Below are positions 30,464 to 38,704 of a stretch of DNA of 64,000 nt, one piece after another. Source of the DNA: an uncultured Paludibacter sp. (lineage in GTDB: Bacteria > Bacteroidota > Bacteroidia > Bacteroidales > Paludibacteraceae). How positions within the stretch are numbered: the stretch's first letter is position 1; every line of letters begins with the position of its first letter. The notes under the pieces are model-generated. The model saw only the letters and a program-made list of their open reading frames with translations. It was not told the origin of the DNA and searched no databases. A program made the translations under genes and the position numbers. The DNA lies in NCBI GenBank assembly GCA_964546015.1, contig CAZJHO010000003.1, positions 44,027-108,026 of the forward strand. The letters run 5' to 3'.

Positions 30464-30535
30464 TTGCGGGAGCCGGACTCGAACCAACGACCTCCAGGTT
30501 ATGAGCCTGGCGAGCTACCACTGCTCCATCCCGCG
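30464..30535 (-). tRNA. tRNA-Met (CAU), initiator type
   Basis: Reverse complement CGCGGGA TG GAGC AGTGGTA GCTC G CCAGG CTCATAA CCTGG AGGTC GTTGG TTCGAGT CCGGC TCCCGCA A. The C1-A72 mismatch is characteristic of bacterial initiator tRNA. CCA is not encoded. Confidence 0.85.
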
Positions 30536-30547
30536 ATATTGTGGGTG

Positions 30548-30555
30548 CAAAAGTA
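30548..30555 (-). promoter_or_regulatory. -7 promoter box TActTTTG upstream of tRNA-Met
   Basis: Reverse complement of CAAAAGTA, 13 nt upstream of the tRNA 5' end and followed by CACCC as at tRNA-His. Confidence 0.5.
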
Positions 30556-30641
30556 ACACTATTTTTTGTTTCTGCAAAATTTGTTTTTGAATTTTATTAA
30601 GTAATAAAAAAAAGCCTAATGAAAATCAGACTTTTGTTTAA

Positions 30642-30719
30642 TTATCGGAGTCGAACTCGAACCAAAGTCCGCCGGCTGGCGGATATGAGCCTGGCGAGCT
30701 ACCACTGCTCCATCCCGCG
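30642..30719 (-). pseudogene. Chimeric tRNA-Met-derived gene (cannot fold as a cloverleaf)
   Basis: The first 36 nt (30684..30719) are identical to the tRNA-Met gene through CTCATA. An 18-nt segment containing the GC hairpin TCCGCC-AGCC-GGCGGA (30668..30683) then replaces the 3' anticodon stem and variable loop. The T stem is weakened, and the 3' acceptor strand TCCGATA pairs at only 3-4 of 7 positions. A TActCTTG promoter-like box lies at 30732..30739. Confidence 0.55.
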
Positions 30720-30892
30720 GTGTAATGGATGCAAGAGTACTATAATTTTATTTATACACAAAGTTTTTTCTTCTAAATCTAAACATTTTTTCTAAAAAAT
30801 TCCTTTTTCGTGCAATATATATGTCATTAACAAGTTGATAATTTATGTTTTAAGAAGATGAAAATTTTATTTGTTTGCAGCGTTATTTAATA

Positions 30893-30900
30893 TACATTTG
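30893..30900 (+). promoter_or_regulatory. -7 promoter box TAcaTTTG upstream of the mce-mmd operon
   Basis: Exact TAnnTTTG 41 nt upstream of the mce ATG. Confidence 0.45.
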
Positions 30901-30940
30901 TGAGAAATCTTACTAATAAATTTTACAAATAAAAAAACTA

Positions 30941-31351
30941 ATGAATCCAACTCACATTGAACACATCGGTATTGCCGTAAAAAGCCTTGAAACAGCCATT
31001 CCGTTTTATGAAAAAGTATTAGGTCTTAAATGTTATGCGATCGAAGAAGTGATTGATCAAAAGGTAAAAACCGCTTTCTTCAAAATCGGAGATACTAAAA
31101 TAGAGCTTCTCGAATCGACAGATCCTGAGGGACCTATTGGTAAATTCATAGAGAAAAAAGGGGAAGGTATCCACCACATTGCTTTTGCTGTAACCGATTT
31201 AGCCAAAAGATTAAAACAAGCCGAAGAACTTGGAGTTCAATTGATAGACAAGCAACCCCGCAAAGGTGCCGAAGGTCTAAACATTGGTTTCCTTCATCCT
31301 AAATCAACACTCGGTGTACTGACTGAACTTTGCGAAAACCCAAATAATTGA
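30941..31351 (+). CDS. mce: Methylmalonyl-CoA epimerase (VOC/glyoxalase fold)
   Basis: 136 aa. IEHIGIAVKSLE...KIELLE...GEGIHHIAFAV...GVLTELCE pattern. First gene of the mmd operon. Confidence 0.9.
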   Translation: MNPTHIEHIGIAVKSLETAIPFYEKVLGLKCYAIEEVIDQKVKTAFFKIGDTKIELLESTDPEGPIGKFIEKKGEGIHHIAFAVTDLAKRLKQAEELGVQLIDKQPRKGAEGLNIGFLHPKSTLGVLTELCENPNN

Positions 31352-31362
31352 CAACTTAACCA

Positions 31363-31415
31363 TTTACTATTTATTATTTTTGAAGAAATCAATAGTAAAT
31401 TGTCCAATAGTAAAT
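31363..31415. repeat. ATTTACTATT / AATAGTAAAT inverted-repeat cluster (mce-mmdA spacer)
   Basis: ATTTACTATT at 31363..31372. Its exact complement AATAGTAAAT at 31391..31400 and again at 31406..31415. The same architecture occurs at 56623..56670. Confidence 0.65.
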
Positions 31416-31423
31416 TAACACAG

Positions 31424-32974
31424 ATGAATAAAATAGACGAATTATACGAATTGCGCGATAAAGCCAAATTAGGTGGAGGTCAGAAACGCATCGATTCGCA
31501 GCATGCCAAAAACAAATTTACTGCACGCGAACGCATTGATATGCTTTTGGACGAAGATAGTTTTGAAGAACTCGATATGTTCGTAACCCACCGTTGTGCC
31601 GACTTTGGTTTAGAAAAAGAACAATATTTGGGCGATGGCGTAGTTACAGGCAGTGGAACTATTGACGGACGATTGGTATATGTTTTTGCCCAAGATTTTA
31701 CTGTGTTTGGAGGTTCGCTTTCCGAAACTATGGCACAAAAAATATGTAAAGTGCTTGACCTTGCCATGAAAATGGGTGCACCCGTTATCGGTATCAACGA
31801 TTCGGGTGGTGCCCGCATACAAGAAGGTGTACAGAGTTTAGCCGGTTATGCCGAAATTTTTCAACGAAATATTTTAGCTTCTGGTGTAGTGCCACAAATT
31901 TCGGCAATTTTCGGACCATGTGCCGGAGGTGCCGTTTACTCCCCTGCTCTGACTGATTTCATCCTGATGATTGAAGGATTAAGCTACATGTTTGTAACAG
32001 GACCAAAAGTGGTAAAAACCGTTACTCACGAAGAAGTAACCACCGAAGAACTTGGCGGAGCATTTGTACATGCCACTAAATCAGGTGTTACACATTTTGT
32101 TGCAAAAACCGAACAAGAGGGCATTTTGCTTATTCGTAAACTATTGAGTTATCTTCCACAAAATAATTTGGAAGATACTCCACTACAAGTTTCTACAGAC
32201 AGCGCTACTCGGGTTGACGAGAAACTAAATAGCATTATTCCTGATAATCCTAACAAACCGTATAATATGAAAGAAGTAATTCTTTCATTAGTAGATGAGT
32301 CGGAGTTTTTGGAAATACAATCATTATATGCGCCTAACATCATTTGCGGATTTGCCCGCTTCGACGGACAATCAATAGGCATCATTGCCAATCAGCCAAA
32401 TTATATTGCCGGCACACTGGATATCAATGCTTCACGCAAAGCTGCCCGTTTTGTCCGATTCTGCGATGCATTCAATATCCCTTTACTCACTTTGGTCGAT
32501 GTGCCGGGATTTCTTCCGGGAACAGCGCAAGAGTACGGTGGTATTATTTTACATGGGGCAAAATTGCTTTATGCATACGGCGAAGCAACTGTACCCAAAG
32601 TAACTGTTATCTTGCGAAAAGCTTATGGCGGAGCCTATGATGTGATGAGTTCCAAACACTTGCGCGGCGATGTAAACTATACTTGGCCTTCGGCTGAGAT
32701 TGCAGTAATGGGTGGAAAAGGCGCAATCGAAATTGTGTACGGCAGCGAGATTGCCAAAATAACCGATGAAGAGGAACGCGAAAAATTTATCGAAGAAAAA
32801 GAAATTGAATATCGTGAAAAATTTTCAAATCCGTATGTAGCTGCTAAATACGGTTATATAGACGATATTATCGAACCAAGCACAACTCGTTTTCGCATCA
32901 TTAGAGCATTCCAAAGTTTATCAACCAAGAAGGTATTGAATCCGCCTAAAAAACATTCGAATTTACCATTATAA
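31424..32974 (+). CDS. mmdA: Methylmalonyl-CoA decarboxylase alpha subunit (carboxyltransferase), paralog 2
   Basis: [58 protein letters not shown] 31424 preferred to the TTG at 31400. Operon context with mce, carrier and Na+-pumping beta subunit. Confidence 0.9.
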   Translation: MNKIDELYELRDKAKLGGGQKRIDSQHAKNKFTARERIDMLLDEDSFEELDMFVTHRCADFGLEKEQYLGDGVVTGSGTIDGRLVYVFAQDFTVFGGSLSETMAQKICKVLDLAMKMGAPVIGINDSGGARIQEGVQSLAGYAEIFQRNILASGVVPQISAIFGPCAGGAVYSPALTDFILMIEGLSYMFVTGPKVVKTVTHEEVTTEELGGAFVHATKSGVTHFVAKTEQEGILLIRKLLSYLPQNNLEDTPLQVSTDSATRVDEKLNSIIPDNPNKPYNMKEVILSLVDESEFLEIQSLYAPNIICGFARFDGQSIGIIANQPNYIAGTLDINASRKAARFVRFCDAFNIPLLTLVDVPGFLPGTAQEYGGIILHGAKLLYAYGEATVPKVTVILRKAYGGAYDVMSSKHLRGDVNYTWPSAEIAVMGGKGAIEIVYGSEIAKITDEEEREKFIEEKEIEYREKFSNPYVAAKYGYIDDIIEPSTTRFRIIRAFQSLSTKKVLNPPKKHSNLPL

Positions 32975-33017
32975 TAAACAATATCTTATTTTGAACCTTA
33001 AATTTTAAACTAACGAT

Positions 33018-33395
33018 ATGTTTTTACAAGCCAATAAAAATATAATTCACCATATTTTAGATAGCGAAAAAGAACCTTCGTCTATTTATTTATGGATAAT
33101 AATAAGCATTGCAGTAGTGCTTTTCTTTTATTTTTTATATAGAACAAATAAAATATTAAACGGAAAAAAAACTAAAGAAGAAACTATACCAGCACCTGTT
33201 GTTATACAAGAGGTAGAAAGCTTAGATCACGAAATACACGAAGAAGAAGCCGCCGCTATCGCTTTGGCGCTTTATTTTTACAAGAAAGAAATCGACCGAA
33301 AGGAAGATTTCAAAACAACATTACAACGGGTTTCGAAAATCTATTCTCCTTGGAATTCTAAAATTTATACATTACGGCAGAACCCTCGTCGGTAA
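33018..33395 (+). CDS. OadG-like small membrane subunit of the Na+-translocating decarboxylase (delta/gamma-type)
   Basis: One N-terminal TM helix, an acidic linker, and the EEEAAAIALALYFY segment typical of OadG/MmdD proteins. Position between mmdA and the biotin carrier. Confidence 0.62.
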   Translation: MFLQANKNIIHHILDSEKEPSSIYLWIIISIAVVLFFYFLYRTNKILNGKKTKEETIPAPVVIQEVESLDHEIHEEEAAAIALALYFYKKEIDRKEDFKTTLQRVSKIYSPWNSKIYTLRQNPRR

Positions 33396-33422
33396 TGCCC
33401 GAATTAATATTGTTTAATTGAT

Positions 33423-33872
33423 ATGAAACAATTTTCTTTTATCATAAACGGAAACGAATACGATGTAAACATCCTTTCGGTTTCTAACGATAACGCCGAA
33501 GTAGAAGTAAACGGATACACTTATTCCGTACAAACCTCTCAACAACTTGAACCGGTTAATAAAACGCTTAAATTAGTTGTGACCGAAACAGTTCCTTCTA
33601 CAGATATTACACCTGCAGAAAAGAAAATCACGGCGCAAGAAAAAGTAGTTACAAGTGGTGTTAGTACAATCAAATCGCCACTTCCGGGTATTATTTTGGA
33701 TGTTTTTGTATATGAAGGGAAAGAGATTAAAGTAGGCGAAAAACTATGTTGCCTGGAAGCAATGAAAATGGAAAATATTATTAATTCGGACAAAAACGGA
33801 AAAATTAAAGCTATTCATATTGCCAAAGGAAAAACAGTGATGGAAGGCGATATTATGTTTGAAGTGGAATAA
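33423..33872 (+). CDS. mmdC: Methylmalonyl-CoA decarboxylase biotin carrier subunit
   Basis: C-terminal biotinyl domain IKSPLPGIILDVFVYEGKEIKVGEKLCCLEAMKMENII. Confidence 0.87.
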   Translation: MKQFSFIINGNEYDVNILSVSNDNAEVEVNGYTYSVQTSQQLEPVNKTLKLVVTETVPSTDITPAEKKITAQEKVVTSGVSTIKSPLPGIILDVFVYEGKEIKVGEKLCCLEAMKMENIINSDKNGKIKAIHIAKGKTVMEGDIMFEVE

Positions 33873-33888
33873 TAAACTTTACATCTTC

Positions 33889-34101
33889 ATGAAAATAGTA
33901 TATATAACACTCCTTATTTATGTACTATCAGCTGCAATCGGCATGTTGGTAGCAGGTATCATTTGGCTATTGTATAACTCATCTAACATCCATCCTAAAA
34001 AGAAAAGAAGCCGTCAATCATTCCGCGATATGAAACAAATGTTAAGTGAGAAAAATTTGAAACAACAGAAGCGAAAAGCAAAGCATAATAAAAACCGATA
34101 A
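33889..34101 (+). CDS. Small membrane protein with a highly basic tail (70 aa), unknown function
   Basis: One TM helix (IVYITLLIYVLSAAIGMLVAGIIWLLY) followed by the Lys/Arg-rich tail HPKKKRSRQSFRDMKQMLSEKNLKQQKRKAKHNKNR. Lies between mmdC and mmdB with 17- and 14-nt spacers. Coding status not proven. Confidence 0.4.
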   Translation: MKIVYITLLIYVLSAAIGMLVAGIIWLLYNSSNIHPKKKRSRQSFRDMKQMLSEKNLKQQKRKAKHNKNR

Positions 34102-34115
34102 AAACAGTATAAATA

Positions 34116-35333
34116 ATGGATATAAATTTCTTATCTAATCTTTTTCAGGGTATATCATCTTTCTTTCTAGATGACTCGGTAATTGCCTTTACTCGTTTAG
34201 GACTTATCGGATTAGGTGGATTACTTGTTTACCTTGGATACAAAGGTGTTTTAGAAGCTCTGCTTATGATTCCGATGGGATTAGGCATGGTAGCTATTAA
34301 TGCCGGTGTGATGATCATGCCCGACGGAACGATGGGGAACTTATTCGTTGACCCTTTATTGGAAGATACTGATACTTTAATACAAGTTATGCAGATTGAT
34401 TGGTTGCAACCTGTATATTCTTTTGCATTTAGCAATGGACTTATCGCTTGTTTTATATTCATGGGAATCGGTTCTCTACTTGATATTGGTTATATTCTTC
34501 GGCGCCCATTTACGAGTATGACTTTAGCTTTGTTTGCCGAATTAGGAACATTTGTCGCTATACCAATTGCTGTATACATGGGACTTAATCTTAATGAAGC
34601 TGCATCTGTAGCAACTGTAGGTGGTGCCGATGGACCAATGGTACTTTTTACCTCATTACAATTAGCTCCTAAATTATTCGTGCCAATTACAGTCGTAGCT
34701 TATCTTTATTTAGGCTTGACTTATGGTGGATATCCATATTTGATTCGTGCTACTGTTCCTAAAAAATATAGAGGTATTAAAGCCGAAGCACCTAAAAAAG
34801 AACCTAAACCCATTTCGACTGGTGTTAAACTGATGATGGCTGTAGTGCTTTGTTTGGTGCTTTGCCTATTGTTTCCTGTTGCATCACCTTTAATGTTCTC
34901 TTTATTCATGGGAATTGCAATTAAAGAATCCGGCTTAAAGAATATTTTAGATTTTATACAAGGACCATTACTGTATGGCTCTACTTTTATGCTTAGCATA
35001 TTGTTAGGAATACTTTGTGAGGCTCATCTCCTACTCGATCCAACAGTATTGAAATTGCTTTTGTTAGGCATTTTAGCTCTTTTCTTCTCCGGTGTTGGCG
35101 GAATTATAGGTGGTTATGTTATGTTCTTTATCAAAAAAGGAAAATTCAATCCGGCTATCGGAATTGCAGCTGTAAGTTGTGTGCCAACAACAGCTAAAGT
35201 TGTTCAAAAGGAAGTAAGCAGAGTAAATCCGGATGCTATCATTTTGCCTGATGCATTAGGGGCTAATATTACCGGGGTTATTTCGTCGGCAATTATTGCC
35301 GGATTATTGATTACAATTGTACCAATGTTGTAA
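34116..35333 (+). CDS. mmdB: Na+-translocating decarboxylase beta subunit (OadB/MmdB family)
   Basis: 405-aa polytopic protein with family segments GLGMVAINAG, GGADGPMVLF, AAVSCVPTTAKV. Confidence 0.92.
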   Translation: MDINFLSNLFQGISSFFLDDSVIAFTRLGLIGLGGLLVYLGYKGVLEALLMIPMGLGMVAINAGVMIMPDGTMGNLFVDPLLEDTDTLIQVMQIDWLQPVYSFAFSNGLIACFIFMGIGSLLDIGYILRRPFTSMTLALFAELGTFVAIPIAVYMGLNLNEAASVATVGGADGPMVLFTSLQLAPKLFVPITVVAYLYLGLTYGGYPYLIRATVPKKYRGIKAEAPKKEPKPISTGVKLMMAVVLCLVLCLLFPVASPLMFSLFMGIAIKESGLKNILDFIQGPLLYGSTFMLSILLGILCEAHLLLDPTVLKLLLLGILALFFSGVGGIIGGYVMFFIKKGKFNPAIGIAAVSCVPTTAKVVQKEVSRVNPDAIILPDALGANITGVISSAIIAGLLITIVPML

Positions 35334-35343
35334 CTATAATAAC

Positions 35344-35383
35344 AAAAACGCCACAGAGTCATATTTTTCTGTGGCGTTTTTGT
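35344..35383. terminator. Bidirectional hairpin terminator between mmdB and the convergent Fur-like gene
   Basis: 13-bp stem AAAAACGCCACAG / CTGTGGCGTTTTT with A/T runs on both sides. Confidence 0.8.
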
Positions 35384-35790
35384 TATCCAGAACATTTATC
35401 ACATAACCCTTTTATCAAAACATTTATTTCGTTCAATTTAAAATTGATCGGTAAACTAATATTAGGTATTACTGTTTCTGTAAGACAATAAGTTTTCTGA
35501 CATTTTTCACAACGAAAATGAACATGCAACTCATCCGGATTGCAGTCACAATCATTACTACATAAAGCATATTTTGCCACTCCTGTTCCATCATCAATAT
35601 GATGAATTAACCGGTGTTCCTGAAATGTTTTTAAAGTACGAAACAATGTTACTCTATCCACTTTATCAAAGAATGATTCTAATTCGGATAAACTAATGGC
35701 ATAAGGTTGTTTCTGCAACTCTTTTAAAACCAACATACGCATTGCTGTTGGTTTTATTTTTCTATATTTTAATATTTCTTCTAAGCTCAT
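35383..35790 (-). CDS. Fur-family metalloregulator (Zur/PerR-like)
   Basis: 135 aa. Winged helix (PTAMRMLVLKEL...VTLFRTLKTFQEHRLIHHI), HVHFRCEKC and CDKC CxxC pairs. Confidence 0.75.
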   Translation of the reverse strand: MSLEEILKYRKIKPTAMRMLVLKELQKQPYAISLSELESFFDKVDRVTLFRTLKTFQEHRLIHHIDDGTGVAKYALCSNDCDCNPDELHVHFRCEKCQKTYCLTETVIPNISLPINFKLNEINVLIKGLCDKCSG

Positions 35791-35800
35791 TTACGATAAT

Positions 35801-35832
35801 AAAAAAACGAGTCTTTACATTCAAAGACTCGT
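35801..35832 (-). terminator. Rho-independent terminator after secG
   Basis: 10-bp stem ACGAGTCTTT / AAAGACTCGT. On the minus strand it is followed by a 7-T run that ends 10 nt before the Fur-like ATG. Confidence 0.8.
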
Positions 35833-35856
35833 CGTTTTAATTTATATTCATTAATA

Positions 35857-36195
35857 TTATTCTGCAGGAGCAACTGGAGTACTTTGAGGAAAAGAAGCCG
35901 CATTAGGGGCACCAGTTGTTGTTTGTTGAATCGTATTAATAATTGACGACTCTGATTCTGCATTTGTTTCATTCGGAATAGAAAGCCCTGCTGTAATAAT
36001 GCTTGCGGCTACAATGAATCCGACTAAAGTCCAAGTTGCTTTCATTAAAAATTTATTAGTATTCTGCACTCCCATAAATTGATTGGAAGAAGAAAAGCCT
36101 TGTGCTAAGCCTCCACCTTTAGGATTTTGAGCTAATATAATAATTATTAATAAAATAGCAGCAATGATAATTAATACGATTAATAAGTTAAGCAT
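35857..36195 (-). CDS. secG: Preprotein translocase subunit SecG
   Basis: MLNLLIVLIIIAAILLIIIILAQNPKGGGLAQGF, the typical SecG N-terminus, with a second TM. Confidence 0.85.
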   Translation of the reverse strand: MLNLLIVLIIIAAILLIIIILAQNPKGGGLAQGFSSSNQFMGVQNTNKFLMKATWTLVGFIVAASIITAGLSIPNETNAESESSIINTIQQTTTGAPNAASFPQSTPVAPAE

Positions 36196-36281
36196 AACAA
36201 TTTTTTATATAAGGTTGATTATATTTTCTATGTAAAAAGGTCTGCAAAGGAAACAATTTTTCTTGAAAAAAAAAAATTAAT

Positions 36282-36788
36282 TTACCAATCCGAAGCGGTT
36301 TGATTATAAATAATATCCGTTAGTTCATCAATTATTAGACGACATAGTTCATCTTGCACCTGAGCAAGGGTTCGTGTGTTAGAAAATGTTTGAAAAGCAG
36401 TAAATGGTTTCTCAAAATTCTTTGATGGCGTAACTCTATTTGTATAACGAACTTTTACGGTAACCGAAAGTTTTGTTTCTGCAGAAATGGCATCAGACTG
36501 AATAGCCATAGGTATTACATCATAGGCTATAAATTCTCCTTCAATTTGCATATCACCATTACTAGGTATTTGACGAAGACGAGTTTGTTTGGCAAATACA
36601 TCCCGTAAAGATTCATTAAATGCAGGTGCTAAAGATGGATTTACCAACGGAGCCAGATTAGTAAAATCTTTAATCGTTATCGTCTTTGTTTTAGTGTAAT
36701 CAATAGAAGCACCGTTAAATTTATACGAAATCGAACAGGAAAACAATACAAATAAAATAACGGTAAAACTTATTATTCTTTTTTTCAT
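36282..36788 (-). CDS. lptE: LptE-like LPS-assembly lipoprotein (tentative)
   Basis: Lipobox LFSC followed by SISYKFNGAS, as in Bacteroidota LptE. 168 aa. Conserved neighbourhood with secG and the sigma-54 activator, as I recall it. Confidence 0.6.
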   Translation of the reverse strand: MKKRIISFTVILFVLFSCSISYKFNGASIDYTKTKTITIKDFTNLAPLVNPSLAPAFNESLRDVFAKQTRLRQIPSNGDMQIEGEFIAYDVIPMAIQSDAISAETKLSVTVKVRYTNRVTPSKNFEKPFTAFQTFSNTRTLAQVQDELCRLIIDELTDIIYNQTASDW

Positions 36789-36791
36789 ATT

Positions 36792-38024
36792 TTATTCTAA
36801 TCCGTATTCTTTTAATTTTCTATATAATGTTCGTTCTGAGATATTTAAATCTTGAGCAGCATATTTTCTTTTTCCACGATGTTTTTCCAATGCTTTTTTG
36901 ATTACATCTTTTTCCACATCTTGCAACGATAATGATTCTTCTACATATTCTTCGGTATCTTGTATATTTGAACCGGCTATTTTGATAGTGTTATTAGATG
37001 TAGAAGGAGACATTAATACAGCATCATTAGGCATAAATGATGAATAATTATTCTCCAGCGATTCAGTGGAAATATTTATATTCTGCTTATCAATAATATC
37101 ATGCACAAGTCGTTTCAAATCATTCATATCTTTACGCATATCGAAAAGTACTTGATAAAGTATTTCTCGTTCGCTGTTAAACGATTTTTCATTTGCTGTA
37201 GCTCTACTATTATTATATAGAGTTGGCAAGCTCTGCACTTCATGATTAGGCAAATAATAATGTAAAATTTCGGCATTAATATCCCGACTTTGTTCTATCA
37301 CACATATTTGTTCAACTATATTTTTAAGTTGACGAATATTTCCGTTCCAGTAATAATTTACCAACATCTGCTGAGCATCTTCGGTCAGACGCAAAGGTGG
37401 TCGTTGATATTTTTCACCAAAATCAGAAGCAAATTTTCTGAATAACAATAAAATATCTTCTTTTCGTTCACGAAGTGGCGGAATCCAAATAGGTATTGTA
37501 TTTAAACGGTAATATAAATCCTGCCGAAAACGACCGTCTCGCACAGCAGCTTCCATATTCAAGTTTGTCGCAGCAACAATACGAACATTTGACCTTTGAA
37601 TTATAGAGGACCCAATTCGCATATACTCTCTTGTTTCAAGGATACGCAACAGTTTCGACTGCACATCAAAAGGTAATTCTCCTACCTCATCTAAAAAGAT
37701 AGTACCGCCTTCGGCTACTTCAAAATACCCTTTTCGTTCGGTTTTGGCGTCGGTATAAGAACCTTTTTCGTGACCAAATAATTCGGAATCAATAGTTCCT
37801 TTAGGAATGGCGCCACAGTTAACAGCAATATAAGGTCCATGTTTACGACGGCTGTATTGATGTATAATTTGAGCTAAATTCTCTTTACCTACTCCACTTT
37901 CACCGGTAATAAGCACAGATAAATCTGTCGGAGCTACCTGAACAGCAACTTCTATGGCCCGATTAAGTAAAGAAGAGTTCCCTACTATACCAAATCGTCG
38001 TTTTATAGATTGAATATCAAACAT
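36792..38024 (-). CDS. Sigma-54-interacting AAA+ transcriptional activator without N-terminal sensor domain, with C-terminal Fis-type HTH
   Basis: Walker A GESGVGKE, Walker B IFLDEVGEL, R-finger region, PPLRERKEDI, and C-terminal HTH AAQDLNISERTLYRKLKEYG. The GAFTGA loop reads GSYTDA. Confidence 0.88.
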   Translation of the reverse strand: MFDIQSIKRRFGIVGNSSLLNRAIEVAVQVAPTDLSVLITGESGVGKENLAQIIHQYSRRKHGPYIAVNCGAIPKGTIDSELFGHEKGSYTDAKTERKGYFEVAEGGTIFLDEVGELPFDVQSKLLRILETREYMRIGSSIIQRSNVRIVAATNLNMEAAVRDGRFRQDLYYRLNTIPIWIPPLRERKEDILLLFRKFASDFGEKYQRPPLRLTEDAQQMLVNYYWNGNIRQLKNIVEQICVIEQSRDINAEILHYYLPNHEVQSLPTLYNNSRATANEKSFNSEREILYQVLFDMRKDMNDLKRLVHDIIDKQNINISTESLENNYSSFMPNDAVLMSPSTSNNTIKIAGSNIQDTEEYVEESLSLQDVEKDVIKKALEKHRGKRKYAAQDLNISERTLYRKLKEYGLE

Positions 38025-38114
38025 ATAAATTTACAATTCTGCTATTTCGTCAGAAAAACCTGACAAAATTACAAATTATTCACCTTAAACACAAACTAAA
38101 CCTTGATCTTAAAT

Positions 38115-38148
38115 AAAAACGCCAAACTAAATAAAGCTTGGCGTTTTT
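38115..38148 (-). terminator. Hairpin terminator after the thioredoxin gene
   Basis: 11-bp stem AAAAACGCCAA / TTGGCGTTTTT. Confidence 0.7.
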
Positions 38149-38168
38149 AAAAAATAGTAAATCTATTT

Positions 38169-38633
38169 TTATTTTGTCAAAGAATCTCGTTCTTCGGGTA
38201 ATAACAATCGTTTAATTAAATTCTCTAAGTTTTCTTTAGGTTGTAAACCTGTAGCTATAGCCGGACTTCCTGTTTTAGGGCAAAATATCAAAGTGGGATA
38301 ACTTCTTACTCCAAATAATCTAGCCAATTCGACTTCTTTTTCGGCATCTATTTTATACACATAGATTTTACCTTTATAGTCAGAAGCAATTTCCTCTAAA
38401 ATAGGAGCTAAACGCTTACATGGACCACACCAGGTAGTATAAAAATCAATGATACAAGGTTTATCGCCAATATAGTTCCATTCTGAGGACTGAGTATAAT
38501 TAACAACTCGTTCAATGAAAGTTGATTTTGTTAGTTCTATTGTCGATCTTTCTTTTACATAATTAGTAGATTGGGTATATCCGTTTAGAGTTAAAATTCC
38601 TGCAAAAAAGATGGTCAAGATATGTTTTTTCAT
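38169..38633 (-). CDS. Secreted thioredoxin-family protein
   Basis: Signal peptide MKKHILTIFFAGILTLNGYTQ, WCGPC active site, thioredoxin fold length. ATG 38633 preferred to the upstream extension. Confidence 0.85.
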   Translation of the reverse strand: MKKHILTIFFAGILTLNGYTQSTNYVKERSTIELTKSTFIERVVNYTQSSEWNYIGDKPCIIDFYTTWCGPCKRLAPILEEIASDYKGKIYVYKIDAEKEVELARLFGVRSYPTLIFCPKTGSPAIATGLQPKENLENLIKRLLLPEERDSLTK

Positions 38634-38704
38634 TTGGAAAATGTAATTATATTTAGATTTAATTTCTCTTTCAATAAAAAATAAGCCTCGCAAAAATAGT
38701 TTTT

